This document shows, one piece after another, positions 1 to 8,701 of a DNA stretch of 64,000 nt. The stretch spans positions 12,206 through 76,205 of the IMG/VR virus record IMGVR_UViG_3300042542_002916; one strand, 5' to 3'. A program made the translations under genes and the position numbers. Source of the stretch: a virus. The notes beneath the pieces are model-generated. The model had not been told where the DNA came from, did not search any database, and saw only the letters and a list, made by a program, of their open reading frames with translations. The stretch's first letter is position 1, and each line of letters begins with the position of its first letter.

Positions 1-1719
1 CCTTGCTATCTAGAAGTAAGCGGTCCTTTTACTGGTCCAGGTAGAATTTTTAACAGAACAACAGAAGAACTTATTCTTATTACTCAAGGTCTAAAAGGAA
101 GTATTGTTAGTTCTATTGTCAACAAGCAGTTGATCTTTAATGTGGAAACTCTTGAGGATATAGCAACTCTGACTACCACCACTGCTCATAGGTTTACTGT
201 AGGAAGTAGCATCTTTGTCTCTGGTTTAGGTTCTCCTTTTGATGGAGAGCAGATCATAACTTCAATCCCTACAGACACCACATTTACCTATGTTGCTGGT
301 GCAGCATCAATCAGGTCTGTAACACACAAGGCTCTTGCTTCAAGCGTAGCTACATTAGAGACAACAGCTGCTCATGGTTTTACAACTGGTCAACAAATCC
401 TAATTAATGGTGTAGATGCATTGTTTGACGGAACATATACGATTACCTCAACACCTACTTCTAGCAAGTTTACTTACGCAAAAACTCGCGTACCGCCCAG
501 AACAATTACAGCTAAGGTACTTGTCTCAAACATTGCAACTTTAACTACTTCTGACGCTCATCAATTTATTATCGGTGAGCAGGTGACAATCGCTGATGTA
601 GATGTCAACTTTAATGGCGTGTACACAATTGTTGCTACACCATCTACAACCGAGTTTAGCTACGCTGCTACTCGTACAAACGCTCGTTTTGTGAATAATA
701 AATCTATGGCTGCAGATGTTGTTACATTGACAACCACGGTTCCACATGGCTTTGTGCCTAATGAAACAGTCAACATTTCTAATATTGACTTATCTCTCAA
801 TGGTGGCTACACCATTACAGCAACTCCAACCTCTACAACTTTCTCATACAAGCGTCCTCGCGCAACTCAGAGAAGTATTATAGTAAAAGCTATTTCCTCT
901 AATACAGCAACTCTCACAACTTCAGAGCCTCATGGTTATGTAGTGGGGGAAAAAGTTGTTGTAGAAAACGTCGGTTCTCCATTTGATGGAACATACACAA
1001 TCACTAGCCTGCCAAGTAACTCAACATTTACTTATGCAAAAACAGCTTCTGATTTAATTGCTACAGCCGTCACAGACGCCACAGTAAGAGCTGGAAGTCG
1101 TAAGATTAAATCTCGTCAGTTGGTTGGTAACTCCGTGACTATCTCAACTATAAACACACACGGTGTAATCCTCGGGGAGCAAGTCACTATTGTAGGTGTC
1201 GGTTCTCCATTTGATGGAACATACACCGTTACATCAGTTCCAACTAATACCAGCTTTACTTACGCAAAAGTAGATACAAACGTTGCTTTAGCAAATGTCG
1301 ATACTGATGGTGTTGTAGAAATGCCAGGAACTATTACATCAACTGGTGTAACACCAGACGGTCTTGCTTCTGTTGCAGGTTCTCTTGTGTTTCAGGCAGC
1401 TACTGGAACAGCAAGCGTTTCTGACACAATTGCAAGAATTGTAGCTTCTGGAAAAGCAATCAAAACTAACAACGTAACCTTCACCCCAGGTATTAGTGGA
1501 GCAACAGCAGTTCTTCAAGCAGACATTCTTGAGATTGATACTCAAAACAGAGAAGTTGCTTTTAATGGTGAACTTGAAGGAGCTAGAGGACGCATTGATG
1601 TTCTTGCTGACTTTATCAAGCTTGCTCCTGGAGATAATGAGATAGAATTTGAAGACACTGGTGCTCCAGAGGGAACAGCAAGTCTTCGGGTGTATTACCG
1701 CTCTGGATGGCTTGGATAA
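1..1719 (+). CDS. Distal tail protein (Dit)-like, with six inserted ~60-aa beta domains (E1 FCCH-like repeats); 5' end lies outside the window
   Basis: Frame is open from base 1 (PCYLEVSGPFTGPG...), so the 130 start is an artefact. C-terminus ILEIDTQNREVAFNG...FIKLAPGDNEIEF...YYRSGW is the typical Dit ending. Six repeats of ATLTTxxxHGFxxGxxVxIxxVxxxFDGTYTITxxPTxxxFTY. Confidence 0.75.
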   Translation, partial: PCYLEVSGPFTGPGRIFNRTTEELILITQGLKGSIVSSIVNKQLIFNVETLEDIATLTTTTAHRFTVGSSIFVSGLGSPFDGEQIITSIPTDTTFTYVAGAASIRSVTHKALASSVATLETTAAHGFTTGQQILINGVDALFDGTYTITSTPTSSKFTYAKTRVPPRTITAKVLVSNIATLTTSDAHQFIIGEQVTIADVDVNFNGVYTIVATPSTTEFSYAATRTNARFVNNKSMAADVVTLTTTVPHGFVPNETVNISNIDLSLNGGYTITATPTSTTFSYKRPRATQRSIIVKAISSNTATLTTSEPHGYVVGEKVVVENVGSPFDGTYTITSLPSNSTFTYAKTASDLIATAVTDATVRAGSRKIKSRQLVGNSVTISTINTHGVILGEQVTIVGVGSPFDGTYTVTSVPTNTSFTYAKVDTNVALANVDTDGVVEMPGTITSTGVTPDGLASVAGSLVFQAATGTASVSDTIARIVASGKAIKTNNVTFTPGISGATAVLQADILEIDTQNREVAFNGELEGARGRIDVLADFIKLAPGDNEIEFEDTGAPEGTASLRVYYRSGWLG

Positions 1720-1746
1720 TGAAACGACATAGACAGGACGAAAAAC

Positions 1747-3762
1747 ATGGCTCTTCAGACATCTGTTGAATATAGATATTTTCTAACAGACCTCCTTACT
1801 AACTCTGTTATCTCTGAAATACCCTTTAAAGGGGTTTCTTATCAACGTGTGAATCGTCGTGCTGGAGAGTTTTCTGGGGACATACCTTTCATTGAGGCAA
1901 CAAAAGGTTTAGATATTTACGAAGCAACAATGCCGGGAAGAACTGGCTTGTATGTAATGCGTAATCAAGTCTGTGTGTGGGGTGGGATTATTTGGTCACG
2001 TTCTTATAGCGTAGAAAGCAAAACTCTCTCTGTAAGCGCTTCAGAATTTACAAGCTATTTTTACCACCGAAATCTATGGCAAACTCTTCAATACGGTTCC
2101 GAGTTTGTTGGTATCTCTTCTTTTGCCGTATCTAGTGGAACAGGAACTATTACAACAGAAGTAACCCATGGGTTTGTTGTTGGTCAAAAAGTAAAAATTA
2201 CTTTCACCAGTCCGCTTGTTGATGGTGTCCACACAGTTACGGCTGTTCCTGCAACAAACCAATATCAATTTACAACAACTTCTGCAAACGGTTCTGGACC
2301 AAGTACAAGTGGAGCTTGTAGAAGCTTGGTTGACACATACGATTTTGCACGAGATTTGGTTTATAGAGTTGCAACTGATTTAGGTGGAATTAACTTTGCC
2401 AATGAAGTTATTAAGCCAGCTAAAGAGCTACAAGGCTCTGTTATCTCTAAGCGTCGCTCGGCTGGTCTTGTAACTCTACGAACATCTTCACCGCATGAGG
2501 CAATACCTGGTCAAGAGATTGAGGTTGTAGAAGTAGGCTCTGGTTTAGATGGTCTTCATGTTATTACAGAAGTCCCAAATTCTTCAACAATTGTTTATAG
2601 CTTAAGTGGTGCAGATTTGTCGGAGACTGCCATATCTGGTATCCGTTCTCTAAACGTAATTAGAAAAAAACTTGTAGACAATCTTGCAACTATTACCTTA
2701 GATAGACCTCATGGAGCAGCGGTAGGGCAAACTGTAATTTTGGAAGGTATAGATGCTTTCTATACAAAAAAACTAGATTCAACATTTAACGGTCGATTTA
2801 CTATTACAGGTATTCCATCAGCTACAGAATTTACTTTTATCTCTGGAGGAATTTTAAATGTAATAGACCCTGCTACTGGCAATGGACTTGTTGTAGCTGG
2901 CGGTATTGCAACCTTTGGTTCAAAATTTATTTATGGAGACTTTGGAAGTTTTACATCTAACTCTGATATTGGAATTCTCTTTGAGAGTCTTGCAAAAAGT
3001 GGTGAATATCAAGATACCCAAATCTTTCGTGGTTTTGAGCAAAGAAGTGTTGGTGAAGTTCTAGAGACATATTCAAACATTGTTAAAGGTGGTTTTGAGT
3101 ATCGAATCGACTGTGACTATGACTTTGATACTGCACAGTTCACAAGGACTTTTAGAATTCTACCAATTGAGAGGTCCCAGTCTCCTTTAGGTTTTGTGTA
3201 CACAGCTGAGGAGCTAGGCGCAGATCAGATTGTTTTTGAGTATCCAGGCAATATCTCCACCTTTACCGTCGAAGAAAGCTCGGAAGATTCTGCAACAAGA
3301 TTTTTTGTTGTTGGAAATATAGAAGACTTATCAGACGCTGCAAGTCAGCCATATGCGGGTGCTTCAGCTAAAGACCTTCTTGATAATAAAACTGGAAGAA
3401 GTTGGCCTATTCTTGACCAAGTAGAGACTCTTGATAAAGTCCAAGATGAGCTAACTCTATATAACTACGCAGAAGATTATTTATACGAGTCAAGACCTCC
3501 TATTGGTAAATACAGCATTACCGTAAATGGTTCTCTTGCTCCAATTATTGGTTCCTATTTCCCGGGGGATTGGTGCTCTGTCATCATTGATGATGAATAT
3601 GTTCGTCAGCGTTTAGCAAATGACCAAGAGCCTAGAGATGACCTGTTGATTAGGAAAATTAACTCGTATACGGTTAATGTCCCAGACAGTCCTACATTTC
3701 CAGAATCAGTACAATTAGAACTAATTACAGACTGGAAAGTCGATAAAAGAGTGGATGCATAA
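1747..3762 (+). CDS. Minor tail / baseplate hub protein (ReqiPepy6 gp37-like, Tal position) with three FCCH-like inserts
   Basis: Follows Dit. N-terminal YRYFLTDLLT...EIPF...CVWGGIIWSR resembles actinophage minor tail proteins. Three HG-containing repeats of the same type as in Dit. Confidence 0.7.
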   Translation: MALQTSVEYRYFLTDLLTNSVISEIPFKGVSYQRVNRRAGEFSGDIPFIEATKGLDIYEATMPGRTGLYVMRNQVCVWGGIIWSRSYSVESKTLSVSASEFTSYFYHRNLWQTLQYGSEFVGISSFAVSSGTGTITTEVTHGFVVGQKVKITFTSPLVDGVHTVTAVPATNQYQFTTTSANGSGPSTSGACRSLVDTYDFARDLVYRVATDLGGINFANEVIKPAKELQGSVISKRRSAGLVTLRTSSPHEAIPGQEIEVVEVGSGLDGLHVITEVPNSSTIVYSLSGADLSETAISGIRSLNVIRKKLVDNLATITLDRPHGAAVGQTVILEGIDAFYTKKLDSTFNGRFTITGIPSATEFTFISGGILNVIDPATGNGLVVAGGIATFGSKFIYGDFGSFTSNSDIGILFESLAKSGEYQDTQIFRGFEQRSVGEVLETYSNIVKGGFEYRIDCDYDFDTAQFTRTFRILPIERSQSPLGFVYTAEELGADQIVFEYPGNISTFTVEESSEDSATRFFVVGNIEDLSDAASQPYAGASAKDLLDNKTGRSWPILDQVETLDKVQDELTLYNYAEDYLYESRPPIGKYSITVNGSLAPIIGSYFPGDWCSVIIDDEYVRQRLANDQEPRDDLLIRKINSYTVNVPDSPTFPESVQLELITDWKVDKRVDA

Positions 3763-3764
3763 AA

Positions 3765-5366
3765 ATGGCAACTAGAAGAAGTGCAAGAAGTTCCTCTATT
3801 ACTGGGTCTATTAGCGATGTTATGCGTCGTATTAAATATCTAGAATCCCGACCTGCTCCGTCAAAGCTTGCTAACCAAGTTGTGCGACGAGACAACATTC
3901 AACCACGAGCTATAGCAACTGACCAAATTGCTCTTCAAGCTATTACAAACAGTCAAATGGCTGCAGACGCAATTGCTCAAGCGCAGTTGCAGGCTAACTC
4001 TGTTGGTAATGATGAGCTGGCTGACAACTCTGTTAACAGTGCTGAGATTGTAGATAATGCTGTTGGCAGTTCTGAAATTGCATCTGGTGCTGTTAAAGCA
4101 GATGAGATTGATGTAGATGCGGTTGGAAGCTCAGAAATTGGAACTAATGCTGTAGATAGCTCAGAGATAAATGCTAACGCTGTCGGTAATGATGAATTGG
4201 GTACAGACTCGGTTCGCTCAGATGAGATTTTTGCTGATTCTGTTGGTAACTCAGAAATTGGATCTAACGCCGTAGATAGTGCTGAAATTACTACTAATGC
4301 CGTGGGTGCCGATGAAATCGCTACTAACGGTGTTGGTGCTGATGAAATTGCCTTAGATGGTGTTGGCAGTTCAGAGATTTCGACTAATGCTGTAGATAGT
4401 GCAGAGATTAATGCTAATGCTGTTACTGCTGATGAAATCGCTACTAACGGTGTTGGCACTGATGAGATTGCTCTAGACGGTGTTGGAAGCTCTGAGATTG
4501 CAACAAACGCTGTAGATACTGCTGAGATTGCAACAAACGGTGTTGGTGCTGATGAAATTGCAACAAATGCTGTTGGTGTTGATGAAATTGGTTTAGATGC
4601 TGTAGGTAACAATGAGCTTGGTAACCTTGCTGTAGATACAGCAAACATTGTAGATTCGGCTGTTACTGCTAGCAAAATAGCTACAGGTTCTATTAATGGA
4701 TCTTTAATCACTCCAACTCACATTGCAACTAACTCTGTAGGTCAAGCAACCATTGGCCCAAACGCAGTTGGTTCTGGTGAAATTATTAACGGTGCAGTTG
4801 GTTCTGATGAAATTGCTGCAGGAGCAGTAACTTCAGGTAAAATCGGGGCTAATGCCGTAACTTACGATAAGCTTGGATCAAGCACCATCGGACCCGGAGC
4901 AAATCAAGTTGCTCGCGGAAGTCATACGCATAGTGATTTTTCTAGTAGCACGCACAATCACAACGTAACAATTCCATCTGGTGGAGCACACAGCCACATT
5001 GGAGTTTCTGGAGCTCACGCTCACTCAGGATCAACAGGCGGACCTTCATCTCGAAGATTTAAAACTGAAATCTCTGACTACATGCCAGAAGATTTGCAAA
5101 AAATTCTTCAGTTAAATTTAGTTAAATATAAATACCACAAAAGATGGACGCCACTTAATAGAGGTCGTGAGTGGAGCTACGGCTATATCGCGGAAGACGT
5201 AGAAGATTTAGGCGTTCAAGAAATTATTGAGTATGATGATAAAAAACGACCTTCCGCAATTAATTACGGTCTTTTATCGACATTTGTCTTAGAGATTGTA
5301 AAGGTTCAGCAAAATGAGATAGACTTACTCAAGCAGCAACTAGCAAAGTTGATGGAGACAAAATGA
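3765..5366 (+). CDS. Tail fibre/spike with long decapeptide repeat and C-terminal intramolecular chaperone (peptidase S74)
   Basis: Dozens of (N/D)AVG(S/A)(S/D)EIA(T)-type repeats; His-rich linker; PSSRRFKTEI...YGYIAEDV...INYG plus terminal coiled coil fit the S74 chaperone. Confidence 0.8.
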   Translation: MATRRSARSSSITGSISDVMRRIKYLESRPAPSKLANQVVRRDNIQPRAIATDQIALQAITNSQMAADAIAQAQLQANSVGNDELADNSVNSAEIVDNAVGSSEIASGAVKADEIDVDAVGSSEIGTNAVDSSEINANAVGNDELGTDSVRSDEIFADSVGNSEIGSNAVDSAEITTNAVGADEIATNGVGADEIALDGVGSSEISTNAVDSAEINANAVTADEIATNGVGTDEIALDGVGSSEIATNAVDTAEIATNGVGADEIATNAVGVDEIGLDAVGNNELGNLAVDTANIVDSAVTASKIATGSINGSLITPTHIATNSVGQATIGPNAVGSGEIINGAVGSDEIAAGAVTSGKIGANAVTYDKLGSSTIGPGANQVARGSHTHSDFSSSTHNHNVTIPSGGAHSHIGVSGAHAHSGSTGGPSSRRFKTEISDYMPEDLQKILQLNLVKYKYHKRWTPLNRGREWSYGYIAEDVEDLGVQEIIEYDDKKRPSAINYGLLSTFVLEIVKVQQNEIDLLKQQLAKLMETK

Positions 5367-5821
5367 TAGAATACAAAGCTAAATATGAAGCTGGACAACA
5401 GCCTCATATCTGCAAGCTTATTACTGCATCTAGTGGTGAAGAGTTTTGCACAGAAATTAATCTTACAAATAAGTCTGAAGTCGAGAATGTTTCAGACGAA
5501 ACCATTAACGAGCATATTGATAATTTAATAAAGTACTTACATCATTTAACAGGTGAGTTAGAGCTCTATCCAGAACCAGAAGTGTGGAGCCAACCTTGGC
5601 CTTTTAAAAACTTAAAAGAGGTTTATGAAACTACAAAAGAAATGATGGATTGGTGGGGTCATTTAAATTACAATGACCAAGAGGGTAGAAATATAGTTAT
5701 GACTGAAGCAGAGCACGAATTACTTCATCAGTTTGACGAACCGCACGAGCATGATCCAGTGACTGATGAACCTATCTATGGATTAGGCGTAAGAGGAGAA
5801 CACGGGTCAACTAATGTATGA
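5363..5821 (+). CDS. Hypothetical acidic protein
   Basis: 152-aa ORF with ATGA overlap on the upstream gene. Confidence 0.6.
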   Translation: MIEYKAKYEAGQQPHICKLITASSGEEFCTEINLTNKSEVENVSDETINEHIDNLIKYLHHLTGELELYPEPEVWSQPWPFKNLKEVYETTKEMMDWWGHLNYNDQEGRNIVMTEAEHELLHQFDEPHEHDPVTDEPIYGLGVRGEHGSTNV

Positions 5822-6284
5822 AGTAAAAGACGGTTCCCGTACTCTTCAATTTAATGGTCGTTTATTAGGAGAGTCTTCCTCATGGCGTCGTGGTTCTACT
5901 AGATGGATTGAGTTTAAGCTTTACAAGACAGAGAATGGTTCATACATTCTTTCTCGTGTAGGCGTGTCTCTTATGTTTCATGGAGCTGCCTGTCCACTTG
6001 TCAAGCGTTACAACCTCACAGAGGCATCATCAGATGAGCTTAAGAGTGATGCACTTCCTTGTGAAGAGTGTTTCCCATCTCGCTCACTGCCTGTTGTCTT
6101 CCCTGAAAAAGACCGAACATGGGCTCAAGTAAGCGAAGACCCAACACCAGTTTTAGATGCTCTTTACAAATACGACCAAGGTGGGGCAAGATATTTAACT
6201 AATGTTGCTCAACGGTTGTTAGAACTAGCAGCAGATCAAGACGAAAAAATTGACAGTATCTATAGAGTGGAAATGATTCCATAA
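5814..6284 (+). CDS. Hypothetical protein (H/C residues, possible Zn site)
   Basis: 156-aa ORF overlapping the upstream stop; HGAAC...CEEC. Confidence 0.65.
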   Translation: MYEVKDGSRTLQFNGRLLGESSSWRRGSTRWIEFKLYKTENGSYILSRVGVSLMFHGAACPLVKRYNLTEASSDELKSDALPCEECFPSRSLPVVFPEKDRTWAQVSEDPTPVLDALYKYDQGGARYLTNVAQRLLELAADQDEKIDSIYRVEMIP

Positions 6285-6323
6285 AAGAGATATATTAGTT
6301 TTACCTTCAAGACAGAGGAAAAA

Positions 6324-8150
6324 ATGACCCAGCGACGAACGGACCTATCAGGTGTACAACTACACCTTGTCAACAATGTACAAGAAGCAAAAAAGTTCTT
6401 GCATTGGCTTGGTGAGCGACGCCCTCATAATGCTATTGCCATTGACACAGAAACTGGTGAGCATCTAGGACGCCCTCGTGCAGATGCGCTCTCTCCTTGG
6501 CATGGTGATTTACGTCTTGTTCAAGTAGGCGATGGCATGACTGGTTGGTCAATCCCTTGGGATGAATGGTCTGGTGTTTTCTACGAAGCAATGGACCGAT
6601 TTGATGGACCTATTGTGTGCCACAATATTGCATTCGAAGCCCGTTGGTTTGCTATTAAATCTCGCTGGCAGATGCCTTGGGAACGTGCACACGACACAAT
6701 GATTATGGCTCACATTGTTGACCCACTTGGCTCTGGTGCATTGAAGAGTCTTGCATCAACTTATATTGACCCGATGGCTGCACACTTGCAAAGCAAACTT
6801 GATGAAAGCCTTGCAACTAATGGCTGGACTTGGGGCACTGTCCCAACATCATTTGAACCTTATTGGTCTTACGGAGCTCTTGACACTGTTATCACAATGC
6901 GTCTGTGGGAGATGTATTGGGAGAAGTGTGGACCTGAAGGTCCGTATCACAAGGCTTATGAACTTGAGATGGCTACACGCAAGATTGTTACTCGTATGGA
7001 AATTAACGGTGCTCGTGTAGATGTTGAGTACTCAAAGAAAAAGTATGAAGAGCTTCTTGACTACACCGAAAAAGTAAAGCTTTGGGCTTATAACAAATAC
7101 GGGGCTTCAATTACAAGCAACGTCCAGCTTGTAAAAATTCTTGAAAACCTTGGTGCTGATATTACAGAGTTCACACCGTCTGGTCAGAAGTCTGCTGGTG
7201 CAGACCAACTTAAACAATTAGTAATTGCTGGGAATGAAGAAGTTAAAAACCTTGCAGAAACTGTTTTGCAGCAACGCAAAGCTGACAAACTTGCCAATAC
7301 TTACTTCCTTAACTTTATGAATAAGCACGTCAATGGCTTTGTACATCCTTCTGTAAAAACTCTTGGCGCTCGTACCTCTCGTATGTCAATTACTGACCCA
7401 GCGTTGCAGACTCTTCCTAAGGGCGATGCCACTGTGCGTCGTGCGTTTATTCCGAAGGATGAGGACCATGTATTGATTACCTCAGACCTTGACCAAGTTG
7501 AGTTTCGTATGTTTGCTTCTCTTTCTGCAGATGAGAATCTAATTAAACTTTTTCATATTGCAGACCAAACTGGCTCTGATCCATTTACCGAAATTGGTCG
7601 TCAGGTTTATCAAGACCCAACGATGCAGAAATCAGATAAGCGACGTAACCTCATCAAGGGTGTTGTCTACGGTCGTCTCTACGGTGCTGGAGTGGCTAAG
7701 CAAGCGCTTACTGCTGGAGTTCCAGAGCATCAGATGCGTGAAGTATCAGACTCGTTTGACCTCAACTATCCAGGAATGATGTCTTTCCAAAAACAGATTG
7801 ACAATATTGGTCAGCAGAGATTCCGTAATGAAGGTCAGGGCTATGTCTACACATGGACTGGTCGTCGTATTCCTTGCGATGATGACCGTACTTACACACT
7901 TGTAAATTATCTAATTCAAGGTGGAGCAGCAGAGATTTTTAAGAGTAACTTAGTAAAACTTGATGCAGCAGATTTAACAGATTATTTAATCGTCCCAGTG
8001 CATGACGAAATTGTTCTACAAGCTCCTCGTAAAGAGGCAGAAGAGATTAAAAAGATTGTTCGTGAATGTATGACAACTACAGAAGGATGGGCCGTGCCAC
8101 TTACAGCAGATGTAGATGGACCGTTAGAGAACTGGGGTCAGAAGTATTAA
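6324..8150 (+). CDS. polA: DNA polymerase family A (3'-5' exonuclease + polymerase)
   Basis: ExoI DTET, ExoII HNIAFE, ExoIII YGALD; TSRMS...P.LQ; motif A DLDQVEFR; motif B RNLIKGVVYGRLYG; NYLIQGGAA; motif C VHDEI. Confidence 0.97.
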   Translation: MTQRRTDLSGVQLHLVNNVQEAKKFLHWLGERRPHNAIAIDTETGEHLGRPRADALSPWHGDLRLVQVGDGMTGWSIPWDEWSGVFYEAMDRFDGPIVCHNIAFEARWFAIKSRWQMPWERAHDTMIMAHIVDPLGSGALKSLASTYIDPMAAHLQSKLDESLATNGWTWGTVPTSFEPYWSYGALDTVITMRLWEMYWEKCGPEGPYHKAYELEMATRKIVTRMEINGARVDVEYSKKKYEELLDYTEKVKLWAYNKYGASITSNVQLVKILENLGADITEFTPSGQKSAGADQLKQLVIAGNEEVKNLAETVLQQRKADKLANTYFLNFMNKHVNGFVHPSVKTLGARTSRMSITDPALQTLPKGDATVRRAFIPKDEDHVLITSDLDQVEFRMFASLSADENLIKLFHIADQTGSDPFTEIGRQVYQDPTMQKSDKRRNLIKGVVYGRLYGAGVAKQALTAGVPEHQMREVSDSFDLNYPGMMSFQKQIDNIGQQRFRNEGQGYVYTWTGRRIPCDDDRTYTLVNYLIQGGAAEIFKSNLVKLDAADLTDYLIVPVHDEIVLQAPRKEAEEIKKIVRECMTTTEGWAVPLTADVDGPLENWGQKY

Positions 8151-8151
8151 T

Positions 8152-8631
8152 ATGAGTCATGTAGTTCTTGCGGTAGACCCAGGAAAAGCAACTGGTGTTG
8201 CTCTTCTATCTTGGTCAGGAAATCCTGACGAGACACCAGAACGTCTCTACTCAACTGAGTGTCAACCTGATGCTTTTGCTAATGATGTCCTTATTGGCTT
8301 AACTGATTGGAAAAAATATGAGAACTTTAAAGTCGTATGTGAGCGCTTTGTAATTAATGCTGCAACTGCTAGAAACTCTCAAGCTCCTTATAGCCTTGAG
8401 CAGATTGGTGTTCTCAAGCATCTATGCAGGGAAAATGGCTATCCAGTAGATGACATCATATTTCAAGCCCCTGTAGACGCTAAAAATATGTTCCCCAACA
8501 AAGCTCTCCAAACCATCGGCGTGTGGCATAAGGGGGGAGAAGGTCATGCTAATGATGCAATACGACATGGGCTTCTATCTCTAGTTCGCTCAAGATGGAT
8601 TCCTCGTGTACTCTTAGACAAAGAAAAATAA
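8152..8631 (+). CDS. RuvC-like Holliday junction resolvase
   Basis: VLAVDPGKATG, VVCERF, HANDA acidic motifs of the RNase H fold. Confidence 0.8.
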   Translation: MSHVVLAVDPGKATGVALLSWSGNPDETPERLYSTECQPDAFANDVLIGLTDWKKYENFKVVCERFVINAATARNSQAPYSLEQIGVLKHLCRENGYPVDDIIFQAPVDAKNMFPNKALQTIGVWHKGGEGHANDAIRHGLLSLVRSRWIPRVLLDKEK

Positions 8632-8701
8632 CTAACAGATAAGTTGCAGTTTTTCATCAAATCGTGTTAGTATGTGACATAGCGACGAAAGAAGGTAGCA
8701 A

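Noticed and set aside
3977-4711. 244-aa minus-strand ORF, and similar antisense ORFs over collagen genes (e.g. 20177, 22024, 36961, 42030)
   Set aside because: Shadow frames of repetitive coding sequence on the other strand (PVGPVAP mirrors GPTGAT); no independent start signals.
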